Source of the DNA: Macrostomum lignano
Lineage: Eukaryota
DNA: 64,000 bases
Assembly: GCA_002269645.1 (NCBI GenBank)
Contig: NIVC01000175.1
Coordinates: 186,001 to 250,000 of the forward strand
Direction of reading: 5' to 3'
The position numbers were made by a program, and so were the translations under genes. This document shows positions 1 through 22,479 of this stretch, piece by piece (the stretch's first letter is position 1; each line of letters opens with the position of its first letter). The notes below the pieces were generated by a model. It made no database searches. It was not told the origin of the DNA and saw nothing but the letters and a program-made list of their open reading frames with translations.

Positions 1-479
1 CGTTATAGTTGATCACCATAAATCACTTTAAAACGCTTCTATACCATTTAATTTCTCAGAAAAAATTTTTCAGAACATATGTTTTAAGTAATTTTCCCAG
101 TTATTTAACTGCAGGTTTTTACCTACTTTTTCTACCTTTAACTTCGGTCAACTTGCAGGCAGTTAAGAGTTACAATCTCGTGCACAGATTTGATCATACG
201 TCAAAGGCGAAAGTCTACGCTTAAAAAAGGGTGACATAGTCGAGGCCTTATCTCTGCAATTAGGGTGCAAAGTTCAATCTTCAATCTGCAGTTCTATACG
301 CAGGTACATTGTTAATAACAATTTAGAAATCCAACTTGACAATTCTTCAGTTGGCCACCAGCTGTCCACAGCGTGTCTTTAGCGGCTGGCTCTCATGCCA
401 TCTGCCTTGGCCAGTTAGTAACAATACAAAACTTTATTATTGTTCGGCTAAAGAGTTCGCATTCCGGTTTAAAGAGAAA

Positions 480-3400
480 ATGTCTAATAGCAGGCAAGAT
501 CAACTGCAGCAGGACTACCCATCAGCTGTCAGAGCTCTTAACAAGCTGCAATCGAATGCAGCAAATTTAGATCAGGTGCTGCGCGAGAAGGACGCCAGGT
601 GTGGCGATAAAATACCAGAAATGATACGATGGGCTGCTAAGCTGGGTGAGATCTGTTGTTCCTTTGTTGCTTCTGCTGTTTCTTTGTTGCTTCTGCTGTT
701 TCTTTGTTGCTTCTGCTGTTCCTTTGTTGCTTCTGCTGTTTCTTTGTTGCTTCTGCTGTTTCTTTGTTGCTTCTGCTGTTTCTTTGTTGCTTCTGCTGTT
801 CCTTTGTTGCTTCTGCTGTTTCTTTGTTGCTTCTGCTGTTTCTTTGTTGCTTCTGCTGTTCCTTTGTTGCTTCTGCTGTTTCTTTGTTGCTTTTGCTGTT
901 TCTTTGTTGCTTCTGCTGTTCCTTTGTTGCTTCTGCTGTTCCTTTGTTGCTTCTGTCGTTTCTGTTGTTGCTGGCGAGCCTTAGTGCTGGCGCCCTTTGG
1001 TGCTGGCGCCCCTTGGTGCTTGAACGTGTCGAAGTTATTGTCAGCTGCTGCTAAAATAACCTATTATAAGATGACGAGCCGTTAATAACTGTTAAAGCAG
1101 GGATATTTACTCCAGCCGTTTACCCTAAACGCGCTTTCTTTAGATGTAACGCCTGCCGACTACAACTCGCTTCGTGTGATCCACGTGACCGGCACCAAGG
1201 GTAAAGGCGGAACTTCGGCCTACGCCGAATCTATTCTACGTTGCCATGGTTACCGTACAGGTTTCTTCTCGTCGCCGCATTTGGTAGAAGTTCGCGAACG
1301 AATTCGAATCAACGGCCGGCCTCTGTCGCGTGAACAGTTTGCTAAACAGTTTTGGCGCGTGCACGGCAGGCTGATTGGCACGTGCTCTGCGGGTGAGCCC
1401 GAGCCAGCCTATTTTCCTTTCCTAACGCTGATGGCTGTGTGGACTTTTCTGGCTGAAAAGGTGGACGTTGCTATTGTTGAGGTAAGCGCTAGTAGTGTGC
1501 ATCAACTGGCGGTTAGGTATAATATCCCCTTCCTAAGATGTAAGCAACCGTTGCTAGGGTATAAAATCCCATTGCTAGGGTGAATATCCCATTTCTGGAA
1601 CCGTTGCTAAGGTATAAAATCCCATTGCTAGGGTGAATATCCCATTTCTAGAACCGTTGCTAGGTAAATACTCCATTTTTAAGCCATAAGGAACCGTTGC
1701 TAGGGCATAATATCCCATTTCTAAGGGATAAGAAACCGTTGCTAGGGTATAATATCCCATTTCTAAGGCATAAGGAACCGTTGCTAGGGTATAATATCCC
1801 ATTTCTAAGGCATAAGGAACCGTTGCTAGGGTATAATATCCGATTTCTAATGCATAAGAAACCGTTGCTAGGGTATAATATCTTGTTGCTAAGGTATATA
1901 ATCAGGGGGGCCGTAGCCCAGCGGTAGCGCAGCTGCTCTGGTGTGCCAGCGACCCAGGCTCGATTCCAAGTGCAGTCACATTAATTTGGGGCTGAATTGG
2001 AATCTCGGCTTGGCTCTGCTCGTGCAATTAACGGCCTTGAGAGCCAACCCCCCAAGGCGCAGTGAAGTGTACATGCCTAACGATAATATAAAGTTAGGGC
2101 CGCTGTACACTCCTGTGTGAGTGTGTGCCTGCGTAACGTATCCGCGCGCTTGTGTGCCTGCTCAGGGGAGTCGGCGGAATGGGCAGCAATGCCTCTCGCC
2201 GGTTGTGTGCCTATGTCGCTTAAAGTGCGCCAGGGTGCACACAACCCCCTGCCTCTAAAAAATAATAAATAAAGGTATATAATCAGCCGTTGCTACGTGT
2301 AATCTTACGTTACAACAGCGAGTTACAATTTTCATTAGAGTACTATATGCCCTGCTACTAGAGTATGAATCTCGGTTGCTAAGGTATTAGCAAGTGTCTG
2401 TTGCTAAGGTATGAAATGGTTTATTTCGTTAACAGTTTAATTAAGTAGTATTAACCAGGCTATTAGTACTACTCGTATTAACAGCAAAAATAAAAATTCC
2501 GTTTTTTCAAAGAGCCTAGTGACACTTTCAATGCACAGCAGATATTTAAATTTATAAATAATCAATAAAAGGACACTTGAAGGTCAATATTTTCACACTG
2601 TCTGCACCTGTGCATTAAGAGAAGAGATTCGATATTGCACTGTACGAGCGTAATTATATTCAACATCGACAATTTCCATGCTAGACATTTAAGTGCTTTC
2701 TGGGAAACCTGACAAAAATGCCTTCAAAAAAATAAATTCCAGTGCAGTATAACAAAACTGTATAGCTCCCGCTAGAGCCGAAATTGAAGTGCATTCAAAT
2801 GCGACTCAGGTTGATTCCTTTATCAATACCAATATTTTATCGTTGATTAATTAGTGGGGACGTTGCTCATCCTGCCTTTGAACTTGACAGATAGAAAGCA
2901 TCTGGCTCTAATGGCTCAGATGCTAATTGTCACTCTGAACCTCGCCCATTTTCACTCTCAATCTCACCAATTGTCACTCTCAAACTTTCTGAATTTCACT
3001 CTCAACCCCAAAAAATATCACTCTCAACCTCGCCAAGTGTCACTCTCAACCTCGCCAATTGTCACTCTCCACCTCGCCAATTGTCACTATCAACCTCGTC
3101 CATTTTCACTCTCAACCTCGCCAATCGTCACTCTCAACCTCGCCAATTGTCACTATCAACCTCGTCCATTTTCACTCTCAATTTCGCCAATTGTAACTCT
3201 CAACCTCGGCAATCGTCACTCTCAACCTCGCCAATTGTCACTCTCCACCTCGCCAATTGTCACTATCAACCTCGTCCATTTTCACTCTCAACCTCGCCAA
3301 TTGTCACTCTCAACCTCGCCAATTGTCACTCTCAAACTTTCTGAATTTCACTCTCAACCCCAAAAAATATCACTCTCAACCTCGCCAATTGTCACTCTCA

Positions 3401-5005
3401 ACCTCGCCAATTGTCACTCTCCACCTCGCCAATTGTCACTATCAACCTCGTCCATTTTCACTCTTAATTTCGCCAATTGTCACTCTCAACCTCGGCAATC
3501 GTCACTCTCAACCTCGCCAATTGTCACTCTCCACCTCGCCAATTGTCACTATCAACCTCGTCCATTTTCACTCTCAACCTCGCCAATTGTCACTCTCAAC
3601 CTCGCCAATTGTCACTCTCAAACTTTCTGAATTTCACTCTCAACCCCAAAAAATATCACTCTCAACCTCGCCAATTGTCACTCTCAACCTCGCCAATTGT
3701 CACTCTCCACCTCGCCAATTGTCACTATCAACCTCGTCCATTTTCACTCTTAATTTCGCCAATTGTCACTCTCAACCTCGCCAATCGTCACTCTCAACCT
3801 CGCAATTTTCACTCTCAAACTTTCTGAATTTCACTCTCAACCCCAAAAAATATCACTCTCAGCCTCGCCAATTGTCACTCTCAACCTCGCCAATTGTCAC
3901 TCTCAAACTTTCTGAATTTCACTCTCAACCCCAAAAAATATCACTCTCAACCTCGCCAATTGTCACTCTCAACCTCGCCAATTGTCACTCTCAACGTAGC
4001 CAATTGTCACTCTCAACCTCGCCCATTTTCACTCTCAATTTCGCCAATTGTCACTTTCAACCTCGCCAATTGTCACTGTCAAACTTTCTGAATTTCACTC
4101 TCAACCCCAAAAAATATCACTCTCAACCTCGCCAATTGTCACTCTCAACCTCGCCAATTGTCACTCTCAACCTCGCCAATCGTCACTCTCAACCTCGCCA
4201 ATTGTCACTCTCCACGTAGCCTATTGTCACTCTCAACCTCGCCCATTTTCACTCTCAATTTCGCCAATTGTCACTTTTAACCTCGCCAATTGGCACTGTC
4301 AAACTTTCTGAATTTCACTCTCAACCCCAAAAAATATCACTCTCAACCTCGCCAATTGTCACTCTCAGCCTCGCCAATTGTCACTCTCAACCTCGTCAAT
4401 TGTCACTCTCAACTTCCCATTTTTCATTCTCAGTGTCCCCATTGTCACTCCCGTCACTCCAGGTGGGCATCGGCGGTCGTTACGACAGCACAAACTTTGT
4501 CTCGTCTCCCTGGGTGTGCGCCTTCTCCCCTCTCGGCCTCGATCACACCGCCCTCCTTGGCAATAGCATCGCCGAAATTGCCTGGCAAAAAGCTGGAATC
4601 ATGAAGCCCGGATGTCCCTCAGTGACTGTCTATGGCCAGCCAGAAGAGGGCCTGGCTGTGCTTCAATCCCAGTCTGCCGATCTGGGTTGTCCGCTGTTGA
4701 TCGCTCCAGAGCTGAATGAACTGCCCGAGTCGCTAGCGGGCAGGTTGGCTCCATCGCAGAAGGCCAATGCCGCTCTGGCCGTGGCCGTCTGCCGAGTGTG
4801 GCTGCGCAGAGCTCGGACTGATGAGGCCTTGCTGGAGGCTGGGCGAGGCCTGGTTGTGGTGAGTGTTCTGGCTGCGACAGTACGGCACTGAGACAGGCAG
4901 ACTGACAGACAGTAGTACAGACACTTAGACACTAGGGCAGACACTGAGACAGACATTAAGACTGAGAAAGACACTGATACAGACACCAAGAGAGACTTAC
5001 ACTGG

Positions 5006-5072
<67 letters not shown>

Positions 5073-5176
5073 GGACGGACAGGCAGACAGACAGACGGAC
5101 AGGCAGACAGACAGACAGACAGACAGACAGACACTAAGACACTAAGACACTAAGACAGACAGACAGACAGACACTA

Positions 5177-5214
<38 letters not shown>

Positions 5215-5216
5215 GC

Positions 5217-5272
<56 letters not shown>

Positions 5273-5376
5273 GGACGGACAGGCAGACAGACAGACGGAC
5301 AGGCAGACAGACAGACAGACAGACAGACAGACACTAAGACACTAAGACACTAAGACAGACAGACAGACAGACACTA

Positions 5377-5433
<57 letters not shown>

Positions 5434-5452
5434 GGCAGGCAGACAAACAGGC

Positions 5453-5485
<33 letters not shown>

Positions 5486-5532
5486 GGTAGACAGACAGAC
5501 AGGCAGACAGACAGACAGACAGACAGACACTA

Positions 5533-5585
<53 letters not shown>

Positions 5586-5608
5586 GGCAGGCAGGCAGAC
5601 AAACAGGC

Positions 5609-5641
<33 letters not shown>

Positions 5642-5660
5642 GGTAGACAGACAGACAGGC

Positions 5661-5701
<41 letters not shown>

Positions 5702-5748
5702 GGCAGGCAGGCAGACACTAAGACAGACAGACAGACAGGCAGACACTA

Positions 5749-5781
<33 letters not shown>

Positions 5782-8191
5782 GGCAGGCAGGCAGACACTA
5801 AGACAGACAGACAGACAGGCAGACACTAAGACAGACAGACAGACAGACAGGTAGGCAGGCAGACAGACAAGCAGACACTAAGACAAACAATAGGTCAGAC
5901 ACTGAGATAGACACTAATGCAGACATAAGACAGACACTTTAATACAGACTCTAAGACAGACACTGAGACAGGCATTAGGAGACACTAGGACATCGCTAAA
6001 ACAAATCAACAGTTACACAGGGCTCATGCATGTAATTATAATATTTTGCTTGCTGCATATTTGAAACTGCATATTTGAAACTGTCAATGTCACTTTTCGT
6101 GCCCCTATCTGCAGAGACATAAATTTAGTTTAGTTTGACATTTGACGCGTTCGCGGTGTTCTTGTGTCATTTTTCTTTTTTTAGAAAACCACATGAAAAA
6201 TTGACGGTTACTTTCATTGAATCTCTAGCTGACGCTGTCTACTCTTTATCAATTTGAGTTACAAGGACTGGCATTTAGCTAAAAAGTACCATTCATTCTT
6301 GTCTCTGTCTGTTAGACTATTCATTTTTAATCAGGGCCTTATATGTATGCTACTCGTATGTTACACTATGATCCCTGTGATCCTTCTGAGTTGGTAGTTT
6401 GTGACACTGCATGTTCTTCATACTATTTATCTCTTATAATTGGTATTAGCCTTCTTCATGACCGTCTGAATGGGTCATAAACCTTCTATGATCTTCATGA
6501 CCCTTTTGTATTAGTCATAAACCTTCTATAGTCTTTATGACTTGTTTGAATTGGTCATAAACCTTCTATGATCTTCATGACATAAACCAAAATTAGTCAT
6601 ATTAGTCATTTGAAACTGCATATTTGAAACTGCATATTTGAAACTGTCAATGTCACTTTTCGTGCCCCTATCTGCAGAGACATAAATTTAGTTTAGTTTG
6701 ACATTTGAACAGCCACGGGAATAGCTGCTATTTAGGGAGCTATTTAGGGATTCCAAACAAACAAAGTCATATTAGTCATAAACCTTCTATAGTCTTTATG
6801 ACTTGTTTGAATTGGTCATAAACCTTCTATGATCTTCATGACCCTTTTGTATTAGTCATAAACCTTCTATAGTCTTTATGACTTGTTTGAATTGGTCATA
6901 AACCTTCTATGATCTTCATGACCCTTTTGTATTAGTCATAAACCTTCTATAGTCTTTATGACCCTTTTGTATTAGTCATAAACCTTCTATAGTCTTTATG
7001 ACTTGTTTGAATTGGTCATAAACCTACTATGCTCTTCATGACCCGTCTGAATGGGTCATAAACCTTCTATGATCTTTACGACTTATCTGAATTGGTCATA
7101 AACCTACTATGATCTTCATGACCCGTCTGAATGGGTCATAAACCTTCTATGATCTTTACGACTTATCTGAATTGGTCATAAACCTACTATGATCTTCATG
7201 ACCCGTCTGAATGGGTCATAAACCTTCTATGGTCTTTACGACTTGTCTGAATTGGTCAAAACCTTCAATGATATTCGTGGCCCGTCGGAATGGGTCATAA
7301 ACCTTCTATAATCTTTACGACTTGTCTGAATTGGTCATAAACCTTCTATGATCTTCATGACCCTTTTGTATTAGTCATAAACCTTCTATAGTCTTTATGA
7401 CTTGTTTGAATTGGTCATAAATTTTTATGATCATCCTGACTCCACTAAATCGATCCTAAACTTTTCAACCTCATATTTGACAGCCTAATTAAATATTGTC
7501 ATCACGAACTGCATAATCGATGATGTTGCAAACTCTGTACAAACCTGTGCATTTCCCGCAGAAAAATCCAACCGAAGATTCAAACGACCCCCTAGATTTG
7601 GAGGCCTGCAACCGTGGCTTGTCCCTTGCCAGCTGGCCCGGTCGCTATGACGTCATGCCCTACCGACCAGGTGTCACCCTGTACATTGACGGCGCTCACA
7701 CAGCTGAAAGCGTATCCCAGGCCGCCAGCTGGTTTGCTAATCTGCAACAGGGTCGAATTGGCGCTAAGAAAAAATTGCTATTCAATAGAACCGGCGACAG
7801 AAGGCCTAAGGATCTGCTGGCTCAGTTGGTTAAATTAGGATTTGTTCAGGCTGCATTTTGTCCCAATGTTGTGGACTCAAGGAGCTCAAGCAGCAGCCGT
7901 AGTGCGGATCTATTCAGCGCGTTGGCTTCCGGTGACTCTAGCGGTATCCGACTTAAAGTTGAAGAGAATAAAACCGCTTATGAGCAGCTTGATAGCCAAT
8001 GCGATTGTCGAATATTCGATTCCGTAGCTGAAGCCCTCGAATGGTTGGTTACTGACGGAAATGGCTCGGACGAGATGCAATGCGATGTACTTGTCACCGG
8101 CAGTTTGCACTTGGTTGGCTGTCTGTACGCAATGCTAGCGCCCCAGGTGGCCGACGGGGAGACAACTGGGGAGGCTAGAGCTATTAGCTAG
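480..8191 (+). CDS. FPGS: Folylpolyglutamate synthase, 4 exons (480-645, 1144-1481, 4463-4858, 7562-8191; 509 aa)
   Basis: All GT-AG junctions are phase-compatible and give an open 1530-nt CDS. Motifs: [11 protein letters not shown]-loop, [63 protein letters not shown]. An additional upstream exon cannot be excluded. Confidence 0.95.
652..970. repeat. 20-bp minisatellite (TTCTGCTGTTTCTTTGTTGC)n in FPGS intron 1
   Basis: Period-20 tandem repeat visible directly; ends approximate. Confidence 0.9.
1510..1900. repeat. ~42-bp minisatellite (AACCGTTGCTAGGGTATAATATCCCATTTCTAAGGCATAAGG)n
   Basis: Imperfect tandem copies at the start of FPGS intron 2; ends approximate. Confidence 0.85.
1906..2271 (+). 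mobile_element. tRNA-derived SINE, copy 1
   Basis: 5' head with A-box-like TAGCCCAGCGG and B-box-like GGCTCGATTCC, A-rich tail, and a 15-bp TSD AAGGTATATAATCAG (1891-1905 / 2272-2286). A highly similar second copy lies at 45661-46018. Confidence 0.9.
2925..4460. repeat. 22-bp minisatellite (CACTCTCAACCTCGCCAATTGT)n with higher-order variants
   Basis: Tandem array running up to the FPGS exon 3 acceptor; ends approximate. Confidence 0.9.
4890..5990. repeat. (GACA)n microsatellite with degenerate flanks
   Basis: Visible directly. Confidence 0.95.
6470..7430. repeat. 39-bp minisatellite (GGTCATAAACCTTCTATGATCTTCATGACCCGTCTGAAT)n
   Basis: Tandem array in FPGS intron 3, interrupted by a ~90-bp segment at ~6620-6710 that duplicates ~6060-6145. 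Confidence 0.85.
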
Positions 8192-8299
8192 CTCTTAGTA
8201 GTCTTCCCGAGTTGTCAGCCGAACAGCGTAATTAACTATTAGCCTGACGAAAATGGCCCTTTGTTACACTCTTACCTTTGATTCCTTCCCCTAGATGTA

Positions 8300-8555
8300 C
8301 TCTCACCCCCGCTTCAACTCCGGCCCTCGAATGTACATTCTACCCCGCTTCAACTCCTGTCCCCGAATGTACATTCAACCCCCTTTCAACTCCTGCCCCC
8401 GAATGTACATTCAACCCCCTTTTAACTCCTGCCCCCGAATGTACATTCAACCCCCTTTCAACTCCTGCCCCCGAATGTACATTCAACCCCCTTTTAACTC
8501 CTGCCCCCGAATGTACATTCAACCCCCTTACAACTCCTGCCCCCGAATGTACACT
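8300..8555. repeat. 36-bp minisatellite
   Basis: Unit GAATGTACATTCAACCCCCTTTTAACTCCTGCCCCC. Confidence 0.9.
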
Positions 8556-9059
8556 CAGCGTCTATCGATCCTAAATATTGGTTTCAACTTGACGATATTA
8601 AAATTATTGTGCTTTGTGAAAAGTTTGTTGTTCATCGATTTTTTTGCCTCCTTTGTTTTTTGTTTTTCTGATTTCTATTTAATATAATTAAATAATGAAT
8701 GCTTATTTTGTAATTTTTGAACTTGATTATTTTATTCAGCAAATCCTTGATATTTTGATACAAGCGTAAAATGTTTGAAAGAAGGTTATGTTTCGTTTAA
8801 CTATATTTAGATATGGCATTTACTCGCTAAAAACAAAATCATGAAAATTTATATTGTTACATTTTGCAACAAATTATAGTTGCTAGCTTTTTGCCAACAA
8901 TTATTTTTCCTAATATTTTACCTGGATATATCTACTCAAAATACTGTAGTGTGTTGAAATCATTTCCGTGGATTGTAACTGGTACGCAAGGTAGGAAATT
9001 TTATCGTAGCTTTATGAGCTTTCATCATGTTGCTTAAAATATCTAGATACTTGCTATTT

Positions 9060-9290
9060 TATGTACACTCGCTCCAGAGCACAACCCCACCACCCCAATG
9101 TACACTCGCTCCAGACCGCCACCCCACCACCCCAATGTACACTCGCTCCAGACCGCAACCCCACCACCCCAATGTACACTCGCTCCAGACCGCAACCCCA
9201 CCACCCCAGTGTACACTCGCTCCAGAGCACAACCCCACCACCCCAGTGTACACTCGCTTCAGACCACCACTCTACCACCCCAGTGTACGC
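9060..9290. repeat. 37-bp minisatellite
   Basis: Unit AATGTACACTCGCTCCAGACCGCAACCCCACCACCCC; shares an AATGTACA core with the 8300 array. Confidence 0.85.
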
Positions 9291-10949
9291 TTGGCACACC
9301 CAGTTAAATTTAAAATATTCTGCTACCAACTACCAGTTGTAGTTTTCCATTCCGAAATCCGTGACTGGTTGATCTATTTATTAATCAATATTCGTCTTAT
9401 GAATAGCCAAGATGCCTAAAACTATCCAAGCTATTTTGAGCATTTGATCCCTCAATCGGAGTCTATTATGTTTGCCATTATACTGCAATAAAAAAAGTTG
9501 TATATTTTTGCCATTGATTCTATGCAAATTAAGATGAGATATCTGACAATACAGACTTTATATAGCTTCATCTATATGTACTATAACTGTAGTGTATTGT
9601 CTTTGCTTCACTCTTCTTTTGTTTCCCAGCCAGGAAAGAGATAATTTTCGCGCGCAACAAGTGAAACAATAGCAAGCGACATGTCGACCGTGCAAATCTT
9701 CCTTTTCTCGCTGTGTGGCTTTCCATTTTCTAAAAGCTGTCTCTTTTTCCTCTTTTAGCAGACATTGTAGAGCATTGATCGTGCGCTCGCGTGAGAAGAG
9801 GAGAGGCGAAAAATCATTTCTATATTCCTGCTGATGCTGACTGCAACTATTGCACTTTTAATACGGGATGTTAGAATGATCAGGTGAAACAAATCTTTGA
9901 TGAAGCAGCCCTCATTAGTGCTAGAAATTCATTCGTCCATGTCAAGTTTACTAATCAGATGGCGAAGCATTCGTGCTTAAAGGTGGTACAGGTACATGTA
10001 TAGCTACTCGCGCCCATCATTTTACTACTATTGACTTCGTTCTTGGCTAGACTTGTTTTGTATTTTCCTATAGCATAAAGCTGTGTCTTTCTATCTAACA
10101 GCTTCCAGAGCTGCTTTGTACTTTAAAATTTAGTAAAAAAGACGACTACCTACACCTTTTCCATTCAATTTCAACAAAATTTAGCTCTGTCTTCGTCAGA
10201 CACTCGTCCGTATGGCCCTCCGGGTTCAACATCATCATCTGCGTCACCGTTTTTTTTCAATTCTTCATCTCCTGCTCCTGCGAACATCTCGTCGCTCATT
10301 CTTCTTATTCGTTAACATGAAGCTTCTGTCTTCTGGAAGCGAACTTCAAGAAGAGCAGCACTTAATTTACAGAGGGATGTAATAAAGAGCCATACATAGA
10401 CAGTTCGAAGTATTTTGTTAGCTTGAGAGGGGCTATTGAAGATTTAAGCAGTACAGTGTACACTAAAAATTTGCGTCAAAAATGTTGTGCTGAAATTGAA
10501 TGGTAAATCTATGGTAAATCAAAACAGAAGCAAGTTTTGTCCATGGACAGAAATATAATATCTAACTGCCGAAATTGAATGGGTCCTCCTTGCCGAATTC
10601 GAATGATGGTTGAAGTAGATATAAAATGATGAAATTGAATGTCAGCTTAGTTGCCGAAATTGAATGCGAGTTTGATTGAAATTGAGCAGAAAAGGTGTAG
10701 TAGGCCTGACCTTTGGGAATGCCGGTAACAATATCAGGATTTGTTTCTACGGATGTGAAGATAACATTAATAAGAAGCATTGTATTTTAAGGCTATAGCT
10801 CATTTTTTCACTTATCCAGAACTCACCTAAAAATACCTAATTTCAGACGTGAATGGGAAAATTCCTGATAAATGTACCTGTATGTGCTATGCTAGTTCTG
10901 GGAGTATTGTTTGACTGACTTTGTGTATAATATTTTGTGTGAAATAGTA

Positions 10950-11680
10950 CAAAGGACTAGTACGATTGCCCCCCCTTTTGAAGTATTTAGTACAATATAG
11001 ACTACCAACATTGCCCCCTCTGCAGTATTTATTACAATAGACTAGCACCATTGCCCCCCTCTGTAGTATTTAGTACAATGGACTAGCACCATTGCCACCC
11101 TCTGTAGTATTTAGTACAATGGACTAGCACCATTGCCACCCTCTGTAGTATTTAGTACAATAGACTAGCACCATTGCCCCCCTCTGTAGTATTTAGTACA
11201 ATAGACTAGCACCATGGCCCCCCTCTGTAGTATTTAGTACAATAGACTAGCACCATTGCCCCCTCTGTAGTATTTAGTACAATAGACTAGCACCATGGCC
11301 CCCCTCTGTAGTATTTAGTACAATAGACTAGCACCATGGCCCCCCTCTGTAGTATTTAGTACAATAGACTAGCACCATGGCCCCCCTCTGTAGCATTTAG
11401 TACAATAGACTAGCACCATTGCCCCCTCTGTAGTATTTAGTACAATAGACTAGCACCATGGCCCCCCTCTGTAGTATTTAGTACAATAGACTGGCACCAT
11501 TGCCCCCTCTGTAGTATTTAGTACAATAGACTAGCACCATTGCCCCCTCTGTAGTATTTAGTACAATAGACTAGCACCATGGCCCCCCTCTGTAGTATTT
11601 AGTACAATAGACTAGCACCATTGCCCCCCTCTGTAGTATTTAGTACAATAGACTAGCACCATTGCCCCCCTCTATAGGAG
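10950..11680. repeat. 40-41-bp minisatellite
   Basis: Unit CTAGCACCATTGCCCCC(C)TCTGTAGTATTTAGTACAATAGA. Confidence 0.9.
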
Positions 11681-12279
11681 TGAATGTTGGCTAAACACCA
11701 ATAATGCAGCACTGGACTGTACATGCTGCCATAGATTTCAAAAGTATTTTTCGAATTAAAGGATGGATGATAAACAAAACTCGTCTAGAAAGGACTGGAT
11801 TGGCTGAGTTTGAAACAGCCAATTACTGATGCTCCAAGCAGCTGTACTCTAATGGCAAGGCTGTTCACAGCCTTTTAAAACATTATAACCTCTCAGTTCA
11901 CCCTCACTGTTCTGTTTGGGAATCATAAACTCTAACGAGTAATATCCAGCCTATCGATTCACTGGCACCTGGCATCGCCATCATGGACTTGGGAGTTATT
12001 GCTCAAATGGAGCGGCAGGCTCCCGCCGGTACCGCCCATAACTGGGAACTCAGCAATGAGACTCGAACTCGCGACTGGGAAGAGGCTGTCGCGGCTGGCT
12101 TGTGGCTTGTAAATCATTATCCCGGTAAGAATTCTGTATGCCCTGTGAATATGAATTACCAATTTAATGTCTAATGGCTTGATGCCGCGTGTTTTGTGTC
12201 GCGCACAAAAGTGCATATTCATATCAACAGGTGTGTCATTATATGGTCCTCATTTTCTGACGCTGGCCCCTCTGATAAA

Positions 12280-13025
12280 ATTGCGCCCCCTCAAAATGAA
12301 ATAGCGCTCCCTTCAACTGGAATGGCGCCCCCTCAAATGGAATGGCGCCCTCTCAAATGAAATAGCGCCTCTCTCAAATGAAATGGCGTCTCTTCAAATT
12401 AAATGGCGCCCCCTCAAATGAAATGGCGCCCCCTCAAATGAAATGGCGCCCCCTCAAATGAAATGGCGCCCCCTCAAATGAAATGGCGCCCTCTCAACTG
12501 GAATGGCGCCCTCTCAACTGGAATGGCGCCCTCTCAAATGAAATAGCGCCTCTCTCAAATGAAATGGCGCCCCCTCAAATGAAAGGGCGCCCCCTCAAAT
12601 GAAATGGCGCCCCCTCAAAATGGCGCCCCCCAAATGAAATGGCGTCCCCTTAAATGATATGGCGCCCCTCTAAAATGAAATGGCGCTTCCTCAAATGAAA
12701 TGGTGCCCCCTCAAATATAATGTCGCCCCCTCAAATGAAATGGCGCCCCCTCAAATGAAATGGCGCCCCCTCAAATGAAATGGCGCCCCCTCAAATATAA
12801 TGTCGCCCCCTCAAATGAAATGGCGCTTCCTCAAATAAAATGGCGCCCCCCCCAAATGAAATGGCGCCCCTCAAATGAAATGGCGCCCCCTCAAATGAAA
12901 TGGCGCCCCCTCAAATGAAATGGCGCCCCCTCAAATATAATGTCGCCCCCTCAAATGAAATGGCGCTTCCTCAAATAAAATGGCGCCCCCCCCCAAATGA
13001 AATGGCGCCCCTCAAATGAAATGGC
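12280..13025. repeat. 21-bp GGCGCC minisatellite (GGCGCCCCCTCAAATGAAAT-like)
   Basis: Same family at ~17410-17712, ~30345-30500 (reverse complement) and ~32262-32720. Confidence 0.9.
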
Positions 13026-13769
13026 AGCAGTCCGACGAAACGACCCTTTCAATAAAAATGCAGACCCAAATGTGAATATATTACAAATTGATGTTGTGAA
13101 TTACATGTGACATTTTCATGTATGGATTGCGGATATTTATTCGTGTCCTGGACAAAAGTTTACATGACGAAAAAATGTGACCACATGGTACATGATCTCA
13201 AAATATTTTGCCAGAACTCAAGCATCTCTCTCATCTATGGAGAAGCTCTATATACCGAAGCCTAAAAAAGATCAACTGTAATAACAGAAGCTGACATTGT
13301 ATGTCGAATGCGTAGATTACTGTATCTGAAAATGAAAAAGCAACAGAAAGAAATTTATTAATAAAAAATTTTTATCTACGTTGCTTTCAAAAATAATTAG
13401 ATATAGATCTGCAGCAGTCTGAGCTGGTAATCATAAAGTTACTGAGCATTTTTTCAAGCGGATCCCGATTAATTGAGGGCTTGCTGGGGTTGCTTTCTGA
13501 TTTGCATGCAGCGCTGCAGATTTTTTTTCATGATTCCATTTGCAGGTGAATTAGATTTTTATGATTGATAATTGAGCTCATTGGTTGATGAGTAGCAGAT
13601 GGTTCCCAAAAATGCCGCTCTTGAGCAGAGATTTCTTTTAATTAGTATAGGGTGTCACGTGACAAACAGAATTTTAGCCTATGCAGAATTTATTGATGTT
13701 TTCTTATGCAACAGCGATATCATGCCTGGGATTTTGCCCTGTTAGAGTCTAGAGAGTGTTAGACAGCAG

Positions 13770-14150
13770 CTTCGTTCAACCTGTTAGATATAGATGTTAG
13801 ACAGTAGCTTTGTTCGACCTGTTAGATATAGGTGTTAGACAGTAGCTTTGTTAAACCTGTTAGATATAGATGTTAGACAGTAGCTTTGTTTGACCTGTTA
13901 GATATGGATGTTAGACAGTAGCTTTGTTTGACCTGTTAGATATAGATGTTAGACAGTAGCTTTGTTCGACCTGTTAGATATAGATGTTAGACAGTAGCTT
14001 TGTTCGTCCTGTTAGATATAGATATTAGACAGTAGCTTTGTTCGACCTGTTAGACATAGATGTTAGACAGTAGCTTTGTTCGACCTGTTAGATATAGGTG
14101 TTAGACAGTAACTTTGTTCGACCTGTTAGATATAGGTGTTAGACAGCAGC
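13770..14150. repeat. 38-bp minisatellite
   Basis: Unit GTTAGACAGTAGCTTTGTTCGACCTGTTAGATATAGAT. Confidence 0.85.
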
Positions 14151-14263
14151 CATTTTAACTTGTTAGACATCGGCTATTTATACCAACAGAATCGAGGGCT
14201 GTTAGATACAAGTCAATACATAAGTTTCATGTACAACTATAAACATTTGGCACACATTTTTAG

Positions 14264-22343
<8,080 letters not shown>

Positions 22344-22479
22344 AAATGTCTCAGTTGTTTTTATATGGATTCATATCAAAATCCATCTCTGTTTCTTGTA
22401 ATGCATGCATTCTTAACCAAGCGGTCCCACTTGCAGTCACACACCGGAGTCTCACCACACAGCCTCTCGACCACAGAGA

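Noticed and set aside
1906-1980. tRNA gene (also at 45661)
   Set aside because: The tRNA-like head continues into a shared 290-bp body with an A-rich tail and TSDs, so it is a SINE.
10180-10780. Short minus-strand coding-like fragments
   Set aside because: No recognisable motif or consistent exon chain.
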